From an uncultured archaeon (GTDB lineage: Archaea > Asgardarchaeota > Lokiarchaeia > Sigyniarchaeales > Promethearchaeaceae), in NCBI GenBank assembly GCA_964426185.1, contig CAYRPF010000059.1, positions 1-21,542 of the forward strand: 21,542 nt of DNA. Direction: 5' to 3'. Position 1 is the stretch's first letter, and the number at the start of each line of letters is the position of its first letter. A program made the translations under genes and the position numbers. The notes beneath the pieces were generated by a model. The model was not told the DNA's origin and searched no databases. It worked only from the letters and a program-made list of their open reading frames with translations. Shown here piece after piece: positions 9,775 through 17,499 of the stretch.

Positions 9775-12486
9775 ATGGTGAATATATCAAATTTAGATAG
9801 TCAAAAATCAAACTTGACAAAATATCCATATATTGAATCAATTTTAGGCAAGTTTGGGTTAGTTCTTTTTATTTTTTCGATAAAAAAAGGTACATATACT
9901 TTAGAATATATTTCTGAAAGTATCCATATTTTTGGTTATGAACCAAAAGATTTCATTAAAGATAAGAATCTGCTAACCTCATTATTTTATAGTAAAGATT
10001 ATTCTTCTGCCAAAGCGAAATTGGATATGGCAATTAGTAAAAAGCAAAATCTATTTCAGAGTGAATATCGAGTTTATACAAAAGATCATAAAATTCGGTG
10101 GGTTCATGATGAAACCCATTTAATTTATAATTCCGATGGTCAATTAATTAGAAATGAAACGATTTTAAGAGACATTACTCGAGAAAAAGAACAGCTATTT
10201 GAATTTCAAGACCTTTCTAATATGAATCAAAATATATTAGAATTGATGAATGAAGCTAGTGCAATTACAAACAAAGATTATAAACTTATATTTATTAACC
10301 CCGCTTTCTCTAAACTAATTGGAAGTAATTCAATCAATCTTTTAAATAAAAATTTCGTTTCTTTAATTGTTCCTGAATGTAGAAATTTGATTGATCACTT
10401 TTTGAAATCACCAGATCGCGTTCAATTAAAAAATTTGGAAACCAAAATTTTCAACTCAAAACAAGAAAGAAAAGATATCAATATCTCTATTTTAAAATTG
10501 CATTCTCATTTACATGAATTTATTGGAGTTTTTCTGGTAATAAATGATATTTCTGTTTTAAGAAAAGCTGAACAAGATTTAATGAAAACTCAAATTCGTT
10601 ATTGGTCATTGTTTGAATCAGCAAATGAAGCTTTTCTGGTAATCAAAGAAGGTAAAATTGAAGAATGTAATAAGAAAGCAAGCGCTATTTTCAAGTGTTC
10701 TAAAGAAGATCTGATTGGAAGGCATTTGTGGGAATTATCCACTGATTACAAACCAAACATTTCGAATGAAAATAATAAATTCAATCAAATTTTTGAAAAC
10801 TTAGCTATTGGAGACGAAATTCAATTTCAATATGCATTTAGACGTTTTGATAAAACAACTTTTGAAGCAGATACCAAATTTTCTCATATCCGAATTTTAG
10901 AGCAATCATATATATTTTGTATTCTAAATGATAATAGTTTTCAAAGGAAACTTCAATTGGCATTGACTCGTGAACGAAATCTTTTAAATACCACATTGAA
11001 TCATATTCAAGATGCTGTTTTTTCTCTGAATTCAGAAGGAGAAATCTTGCTTTTCAATCCTATGGCTGAAAATATTACCGGTTTCTCAAGAAATGAGGTC
11101 ATATGTAAAAAACTAAGTGAAGTATTAACATTTTATTTTTTTGATAGAAATTCTATTTCTTTTTCGCTTTTTGATGAAATTAAGGAAAAATATCTTCAAA
11201 CGCAATCAAAGTTTTTCGAAGATCGGGTTATAATGCAGACAAAATCAAATTTGAAGAGAAAATTATCATATCATTGCTCTGTTATGATTCAAATTCCTAA
11301 TCAAATTCAAGGGTATGTTTTTGTTTTTCGAGATATCACCGTCCAAGAAAAAATTAGAGAAGAAAGGCTTAAAGCTCAAAAAATGGAATCAATTGGTTTA
11401 TTGGCTGGAGGTATTGCTCACGATTTCAACAATATTTTAGCTTCCATTTTAGGAAATGTCTCCATCGCAAAACTCGAATTAGAATCTGAAAACTCTGAAG
11501 TATGTCAACTTCTTAATGAAACTGAACATGCAATAAATCGAGCGAAGAATTTAACTAAACAATTACTAACATTTTCTAAAGGAGGAGCTCCAATTAAGAA
11601 AGTAATTTCTCTAAAAAATTTGATTGAAGAATCCACCAAATTTGCTTTGAGAGGGACCAATATTCGATATTTTTATCATTGTTCACCAAATCTGTGGAAT
11701 GTTGAAGTAGACGAAGGACAAATAGGGCAATGTCTTCACAATCTTATTATAAATGCCAAACAAGCCATGCCCGAAGGGGGAAACATTATAATTGAAGCTT
11801 CTAACGTTGAGAATCCAGAGAAAATTCCTGTTTTACGATCAGATAAAAAATATATTATGATTTCCATTCTAGACCAAGGCCAAGGAATTCCTTTAAAAAT
11901 TCAATCAAAAATATTTGATCCCTATTTCACTACAAAAGAACATGGAAGTGGTTTGGGATTGGCTATTGTTTATTCCATAATCACTAATCATGGAGGAAAC
12001 ATTGATTTTGATTCAAAACCGGGAGAAGGTACAATATTTTATATATATTTACCTGTTGCGGAAGAAAAAAGTATAAACCAGAAAAAAGAAACTCAACAGA
12101 ATATTTCTCAAAAAACTGGAAGAATTCTTATTATGGATGATGAAAGGCCAATCAGGATGATTTTTGATAAAATGCTGAGCAGGATTGGTTTTAAAGTTGA
12201 CTTAACTAAAGAAGGTCATGAATTGCTTGCTCTTTATAAAAATAATTATGAGAAAGGGATTTTCTATGATTATTTGATTTTGGATCTAACCATTCCAGGA
12301 GGTATTGGTGGAAAAGAGGTTGCAAAAAAGATCAAGGATATAGATAAAAATCAAAAAATAATTGTTACTTCTGGATATTCAAATGACCCTATCATGTCGA
12401 ATTATCAAGATTATGGGTTTATTGCGCGTTTAGAAAAACCATTCACAATTTATGAATTAAATAAGATTTTCGAAAATTATAACTAA
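9775..12486 (+). CDS. Cytoplasmic hybrid sensor histidine kinase: about 4 PAS/PAC, HisKA, HATPase and receiver domains (CckA-like)
   Basis: PAS/PAC ends RDIT, NDIS, NDNS and RDIT. H-box AGGIAHDFNNIL, N-box NLIINAKQAM, DQGQGI, FDPYFTTK and GSGLGL. Receiver ILIMDDE / ILDLTIPGG / SGY / KPF. No transmembrane segment seen. Confidence 0.96.
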   Translation: MVNISNLDSQKSNLTKYPYIESILGKFGLVLFIFSIKKGTYTLEYISESIHIFGYEPKDFIKDKNLLTSLFYSKDYSSAKAKLDMAISKKQNLFQSEYRVYTKDHKIRWVHDETHLIYNSDGQLIRNETILRDITREKEQLFEFQDLSNMNQNILELMNEASAITNKDYKLIFINPAFSKLIGSNSINLLNKNFVSLIVPECRNLIDHFLKSPDRVQLKNLETKIFNSKQERKDINISILKLHSHLHEFIGVFLVINDISVLRKAEQDLMKTQIRYWSLFESANEAFLVIKEGKIEECNKKASAIFKCSKEDLIGRHLWELSTDYKPNISNENNKFNQIFENLAIGDEIQFQYAFRRFDKTTFEADTKFSHIRILEQSYIFCILNDNSFQRKLQLALTRERNLLNTTLNHIQDAVFSLNSEGEILLFNPMAENITGFSRNEVICKKLSEVLTFYFFDRNSISFSLFDEIKEKYLQTQSKFFEDRVIMQTKSNLKRKLSYHCSVMIQIPNQIQGYVFVFRDITVQEKIREERLKAQKMESIGLLAGGIAHDFNNILASILGNVSIAKLELESENSEVCQLLNETEHAINRAKNLTKQLLTFSKGGAPIKKVISLKNLIEESTKFALRGTNIRYFYHCSPNLWNVEVDEGQIGQCLHNLIINAKQAMPEGGNIIIEASNVENPEKIPVLRSDKKYIMISILDQGQGIPLKIQSKIFDPYFTTKEHGSGLGLAIVYSIITNHGGNIDFDSKPGEGTIFYIYLPVAEEKSINQKKETQQNISQKTGRILIMDDERPIRMIFDKMLSRIGFKVDLTKEGHELLALYKNNYEKGIFYDYLILDLTIPGGIGGKEVAKKIKDIDKNQKIIVTSGYSNDPIMSNYQDYGFIARLEKPFTIYELNKIFENYN

Positions 12487-12542
12487 ATATTTTGGATTCT
12501 GAAATTATTATATTATTTTAAGAATTAAAAAAAAAAAATTAG

Positions 12543-13523
12543 ATGATAACCATGGAAAAAATGCAAAACTTGCTTAAATTGAAAGAAGAAGAGATTGAAA
12601 AGCAAAAATCTATTCTCTACGAGCTAAAACGTAAATTAATTGAATCAAACGATAAACTTTCCCTAAAAGATATGAAGATTTCAACATTGCTGCAAGAAAA
12701 TCAAGAATTAAAAGAAAAAATAAAGTCCGTGTTAGAAAATCATTCAGAAGATGGTGATTTGACAACTTCTGCAGAATCTTCAAGCCAAATATCACCTGAT
12801 ATGAATCAATTTATGGAAACTTTCTTAGAGAAGTTCGAAGAAATAAATAAAACATTAAATGCTCAATATCTTAATTTAAATAATAAAATCGAGAAAATTG
12901 AAGAAGAAATTTCAAGTATCAGAAATAATTCACTTCTTGCTCAGAAAAACACCATTAATTCAAATAAAAAAATCACTCCCAAACCTCATCCTCAAGATAT
13001 TAATATACCCCAAGGTAGAAAACCATCGCAAATATCTAAAATGCAGGTAAATTCTTTCCCAAAACCATCAGAAACAATCAAGAAGAAGATGATTCCACCG
13101 GTGGTAAATATCGTTAAAGTAAATAAGAATTTTTCTGAAACGCCACAAATCGAACCAGAAATCCCCAAACCTTCTTCTGCTAAACCCGTGTCACAAGGAG
13201 CTTTGGAAATTCCAGATGAATATCTTGATACCAGTGTATCTTCTTCTCCAAATAAGAACGTTTCTCAAACACCCACAAAATCGACAGAATCAACAGGTAA
13301 GGCTAAGATTGGTCCTGAATCTCACTCTTCTTTGACTATGGGGCAATTTGGCGTTCCCACCATACCATATCCAGACGATGGTCTAATTAAGTGCCCCAAA
13401 TGTGGTGGAAATAAAATTCAAGAAATGGAAAATAAAAAGAAAATCGTGATGTATAATCCCCGCAAATATGGAAAAAAGTACTATTGTAGAGAATGTCGAG
13501 CGGAATGGGATTATGAGTATTAA
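12543..13523 (+). CDS. Hypothetical protein: coiled coils, S/T/P-rich disordered linker, C-terminal Zn ribbon (CPKC...CREC)
   Basis: Heptad-rich segments at aa ~5-65 and ~88-128, low-complexity aa ~130-275, terminal CPKCGG-x-NPRKYGKKYYCRECRAEW. The start could be ATG 12552. Confidence 0.85.
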   Translation: MITMEKMQNLLKLKEEEIEKQKSILYELKRKLIESNDKLSLKDMKISTLLQENQELKEKIKSVLENHSEDGDLTTSAESSSQISPDMNQFMETFLEKFEEINKTLNAQYLNLNNKIEKIEEEISSIRNNSLLAQKNTINSNKKITPKPHPQDINIPQGRKPSQISKMQVNSFPKPSETIKKKMIPPVVNIVKVNKNFSETPQIEPEIPKPSSAKPVSQGALEIPDEYLDTSVSSSPNKNVSQTPTKSTESTGKAKIGPESHSSLTMGQFGVPTIPYPDDGLIKCPKCGGNKIQEMENKKKIVMYNPRKYGKKYYCRECRAEWDYEY

Positions 13524-13615
13524 TAGAAAAAGAATATTTTCATTAGAAAAATTCAATCATGAATTTAGTTAATAATCAATCCAATTTGACTTAAAAATAC
13601 GGAGATAGAGAGAAA

Positions 13616-14611
13616 ATGCCGATTACTGTAGGAAAATCCATAACAATTGATGGAGAAATATATCATATTGAAAAAATACTGGATGTTGGGGGTCTCTCTC
13701 GTGTTTATTTAGGAAAAAATAGCGAAACTCAAGAAAAAGTGGCCATAAAAGAGTTTATTTACCAGAATTTCTATAATAAATTTACCCGTGCAAATGATAT
13801 TGATGAATTCTTTGATAATGAAGTGATAAATACTCAAGCTCAAGCCCGCAGCCCCTATAAAACCATGAAAGTACTACATTATGAAAAAAGATTAGATCTG
13901 GAAACTCCCGAGTATTATTTAGTTCTCTCTTATATTGAAGGAATGACATTCCTTGATTTTTATCGACATTTTGTGCAATCTTGTCGTGGTTTAGCTCATT
14001 TAGATCTTACCAGTATAGTTCGATATATTTTTCTCCCATTGATCGATCTATTGGATTATTGTCATAATGAAGAATACATCGTTCATCGTGATTTTTCTGT
14101 TAAAAATATCATGATTCAAGCCAATGAAGAAGGTGATTTTTGGCCGATTTTAATTGATTGGGGTGTTTCTAAATATGTTGGTCCAGAATGGATTTATTTT
14201 ACTCCGAAACCATACATAACTCCTGATATGCCTCGAGATATTCCCATTAATCAGAAAGGTGCACCTCCGGAAATAAAATTTGGATATATGCCGACAGCTG
14301 CATCCGATATATATTATCTTGCCCATTTAATGTATTTTGTTTTTACTGGTGGCATTATGCGGGAAGATTCAGAGATAATTAATGAAAATGCCTATGTACT
14401 ATCACCTAAAAAAGTTAATTGGTTTATTCCCGATGAATATGATAAAATAGTTCAACAAATGACCCAGTTCGAACCAGCAGATAGACCTAAAAATATGAAA
14501 GAAGTTCGAAAAATGCTGGAAGAATTAATAAACATTCGGCATATCCATTTTGATTTTGATTTTTTTATGGAAAACCCTGATACAGATGAAATCACTGGAG
14601 AACGGATTTAA
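13616..14611 (+). CDS. Stand-alone Hanks-type protein kinase with atypical catalytic and P+1 loops
   Basis: Gly loop DVGGLSRVY, VAIKE, alphaC NEV, HRDFSVKN (14084-14107), DWG (14156-14164), APPE, ASDIY and DRP. A GGAGA purine-rich RBS sits at 13601. Confidence 0.92.
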   Translation: MPITVGKSITIDGEIYHIEKILDVGGLSRVYLGKNSETQEKVAIKEFIYQNFYNKFTRANDIDEFFDNEVINTQAQARSPYKTMKVLHYEKRLDLETPEYYLVLSYIEGMTFLDFYRHFVQSCRGLAHLDLTSIVRYIFLPLIDLLDYCHNEEYIVHRDFSVKNIMIQANEEGDFWPILIDWGVSKYVGPEWIYFTPKPYITPDMPRDIPINQKGAPPEIKFGYMPTAASDIYYLAHLMYFVFTGGIMREDSEIINENAYVLSPKKVNWFIPDEYDKIVQQMTQFEPADRPKNMKEVRKMLEELINIRHIHFDFDFFMENPDTDEITGERI

Positions 14612-14623
14612 TTCATCCAATTA

Positions 14624-15820
14624 TTATGCCTTTGGTGGGATTCGTTTTTCGAAGTAATCACAGAGTTTTTCTGGGGTTATGTCAGTTAACTTGATTTGAA
14701 TTTGTCTTCCTTTTTTTTCTGAGGTGGGATTCAAATATTCCTTGTAAATCGCCTTAACACTCGATAAATTCCGGATATATTTCCGAAAACTCATTTGCAC
14801 ATGCGGTTTGTAACCCAATTCTTCACATTTCATTTTATAAAATTCAAAAGATTCATCCACTTTGGTAAAAGGATTACCTGTATGTTTTAAAGCAGCTGCA
14901 ATTGCCCACAGTGTGAGATGCTCATGGAGTGACAAATTATCTAAAATATCTGCTCGAAAACTTGGACTCACAGATTCTCGAGATTGCAGAACCATTTCTG
15001 GCGTAATTGTAGAAGTCATCTGTTCATCTGCATGTAATCCGCATGATCTCATGATATCTATTCCAGTTCTCATGTTTTTTTGTTCATATACAATATCAGC
15101 GATAAGTTCTAACACGTCATCTTCTAAAACACCATCGCGAAATGCAAGATTTCGCCGGTATTGGAGGATTTCAAAGCTTTCCTCTTTATTATATGGTTGC
15201 ATTTTTATAACTTCTTGAATACGGCTGGAAATCTTTTCATTATCCACTTTAAACCAATCAGATTCCCGGGATATGCAAATTATGCAAAATCTTGTATTCT
15301 GTTCTCCAAATCCTATCGACGCATTTAATAGCGACAAGATATCGTCTGGTGGTAATTTATGCACTTCATCCAAGATAATCAGAAGAGATTCCTTTCGCTT
15401 AATTAATTCTTTGAGAATTTGTTCCATAATTTCATTGTCTGAATAACCATGACCTGCACTATAGTGTAATCTTTCAGAAATATTCCGTAAAATACTACTT
15501 TTGGTCCGGTGTTGAAGGCAATCATAATATTCAATGGTTAGCTTAATGTCTTCTTTAAGAACTGCTTCTCGAAAGCGCTTGCCGAAATATCGAATGGTAA
15601 CTGTTTTTCCAATTCCACCCTTACCTAGCACCAAAGTGTTCGTGGAAAATTCACCTTGAGTTTGTATGATTGGGCGATGGATTAACAAGAGTTTCTTAAG
15701 TTCATTTTGGCGACAAATTATTTTTTGTTTGCTGGTAGGAACCCAAGCTTGATTTAAACTCTGTTGATCTTTAAAAACACTTTCAGTTTTCAGGTATTTT
15801 GAAAAAATCTCGTCATCCAT
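14624..15820 (-). CDS. cdc6: Orc1/Cdc6 family replication initiator AAA+ ATPase
   Basis: N-terminal VFKDQQSLNQAWVP..CRQNE, Walker A GKGGIGKT, Walker B IILDEVH, ISSRI arginine finger, PYNKEE, sensor-2 NMRTGIDIMR, and a C-terminal winged helix with a KKGR wing. Confidence 0.93.
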   Translation of the reverse strand: MDDEIFSKYLKTESVFKDQQSLNQAWVPTSKQKIICRQNELKKLLLIHRPIIQTQGEFSTNTLVLGKGGIGKTVTIRYFGKRFREAVLKEDIKLTIEYYDCLQHRTKSSILRNISERLHYSAGHGYSDNEIMEQILKELIKRKESLLIILDEVHKLPPDDILSLLNASIGFGEQNTRFCIICISRESDWFKVDNEKISSRIQEVIKMQPYNKEESFEILQYRRNLAFRDGVLEDDVLELIADIVYEQKNMRTGIDIMRSCGLHADEQMTSTITPEMVLQSRESVSPSFRADILDNLSLHEHLTLWAIAAALKHTGNPFTKVDESFEFYKMKCEELGYKPHVQMSFRKYIRNLSSVKAIYKEYLNPTSEKKGRQIQIKLTDITPEKLCDYFEKRIPPKA

Positions 15821-16040
15821 GATAATTCGTTTCCTATTGTGATGATAGAAAAGATTGCTCTATATTTCTACTACTAGTGAAATCGTTTCAGACTAAAAAT
15901 TTATCTTTTTCTTTTATCATTTCTTTTAATACTTAAAATCTATCGTCCATCCCGTTAATGCTTGGTAAGGCTCTAATTATCGCTAATTAAATTAAAAAGT
16001 AAAAAACAAGAAATAAAAATAATGATTTGAGAATATTTAA

Positions 16041-16244
16041 TTAGTGTTTCTTACTGCTTTCGTACCATTTCAGATATTCCCGATTTCTACGATGTCGAAA
16101 ATTATCTTCATCTTTTGAAAACTCTCTTACTTTATCCCATGCTCGATCATATTCAGGACCAGTAAGGGATAATCCACAAGTTTCACAAATCTTTCTTTTC
16201 ATACGAGAAATCATATTTCCACCACATTCAGGACATTTTGCCAT
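16041..16244 (-). CDS. Small Zn-ribbon protein (CPECGG...CETCG) with a charged C-terminal helix ending REYLKW; resembles a conserved uncharacterised TACK/Asgard family
   Basis: Two CxxC pairs, a GGTGA SD 7 nt upstream of the ATG, and a TTTTAAAA box ~25-30 nt upstream. The family resemblance is recalled, not searched. Confidence 0.8.
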   Translation of the reverse strand: MAKCPECGGNMISRMKRKICETCGLSLTGPEYDRAWDKVREFSKDEDNFRHRRNREYLKWYESSKKH

Positions 16245-16584
16245 AGCTATTTCACCGTTGCTTTTTTTTTTAAAAAAGCATATTATCTGAATAAAATAAA
16301 TGAACCATATTTCAAAAAATTCACCTTTTTCAACTTTGATATCATCATGGTAATATCTCGATGTTTTTCAAAGAATATATTATTCATAAAAAAAAAGGTG
16401 ATATTCTATTGTATAGATAATTGGATAATGTATTCTTGGGATGTTATTTTACCTTTTCTTATGTATTAAAATTATACATACATCATCCAAGTGAAAATAT
16501 AGAAAAATTTTTAGATGGAAAAAATGAGAGAAAAAAATACCGAGAATTCTCTTTATAGTGTGTTGATTATTCACTATTTTGTGA

Positions 16585-17343
16585 TTATGGGTATTTCTTC
16601 GTAGATTTCTTTAATGTTTTCTTAGTCGATTTCTTTACGGTTTTCTTGGCTGATTTCTTTATGGTTTTCTTGGCTGATTTCTTTATGGTTTTCTTGACCG
16701 ATTTCGTTGTGGTTTTTTTAGGGGATTTTTGGAGGGTTTCATTCTCCCTATTTTTTCTTTCGCCAGATGAAGTTAAAAGAATTCGATCAATTCGCCATTG
16801 GATTTGTCCTGGTGCAAGAAATATTAGTAAAATTGCAGGAATTAATAGTAATATCCCTCCAATCCAATATAAACCTATTGAAATTCCTAATATCACCAAC
16901 AGAAATTTTGGTATTCGAATTTGACCGATGGTAACTGCATCATTCTTTAAGAAGTGATAATTTCTTGCATGTATTTTTTCATTATATAGACTAAAATACA
17001 TCGCAACAAGTAATAATGCACCTGAATTTAAAAGAAAGTAAATCAATCGTCCAAATCGAAATTGAAAAAGCCTTATGAACGAAAATATCCACAATCCTAT
17101 ACCAATCAATATGGTTACTAAGCATAACCAACTCCAGCTGGAAATAATTAATGGTTCTATTTTTTGCCATTTTTCTGAACCTAGATTAATTTGGATGTAT
17201 CCTTCCTTTGATGAACCTTTTTCGTTTTCCAAGGTTGCTGATATTTTTTGAGAACTCTTTAAGTCATAATTGCATAATGGGCAATGTTCCTCTGTAACCA
17301 CCATGGTACCACATACTGGGCAATAGAAATTTGATGAAGACAT
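16585..17343 (-). CDS. Membrane protein with N-terminal Zn ribbon (CPVC...CPLC), about 4 TM helices and a Lys-rich histone-H1-like C-terminal tail
   Basis: ATG 17343 (MSSSNFYCPVC) is preceded by AGGTGA SD; the ORF is open to 17373. Four hydrophobic stretches are followed by the tail KKTTTKSVKKTIKKSAKKTIKKSAKKTVKKSTKKTLKKSTKK. Confidence 0.85.
   Translation of the reverse strand: MSSSNFYCPVCGTMVVTEEHCPLCNYDLKSSQKISATLENEKGSSKEGYIQINLGSEKWQKIEPLIISSWSWLCLVTILIGIGLWIFSFIRLFQFRFGRLIYFLLNSGALLLVAMYFSLYNEKIHARNYHFLKNDAVTIGQIRIPKFLLVILGISIGLYWIGGILLLIPAILLIFLAPGQIQWRIDRILLTSSGERKNRENETLQKSPKKTTTKSVKKTIKKSAKKTIKKSAKKTVKKSTKKTLKKSTKKYP
16604..16723 (-). repeat. Five imperfect 24-bp tandem repeats encoding the 8-aa unit xKKTxKKS
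   Basis: On + the unit gatttctttatggttttcttggct (or variants) starts at 16604, 16628, 16652, 16676 and 16700. Confidence 0.93.
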
Positions 17344-17499
17344 TTTTTCACCTGATAATTTTTTCATGAACATGTTGAATAAGTAATATATCTTTTTTAT
17401 CTTTGAATCTTAAATATTTTCTTCTAACTTTCTTCACTTCTGTTTCTATGAGAAAAGCTGCAATAAATTTTTATGTAATCTACATTTGGAGTACGTAAT

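Noticed and set aside
15839-15896. Possible box C/D sRNA (GTGATGA at 15839 with roughly suitable spacing)
   Set aside because: The D and D' positions read CTAA and CTCT rather than CTGA, no target could be verified, and it overlaps the cdc6 upstream region.
16604-16723. 24-bp repeats (and the 39/69-bp repeats at 2313-2573) as a CRISPR array
   Set aside because: They are head-to-tail with no spacers, have lengths in multiples of three, lie inside coding frames, and no cas genes are present.
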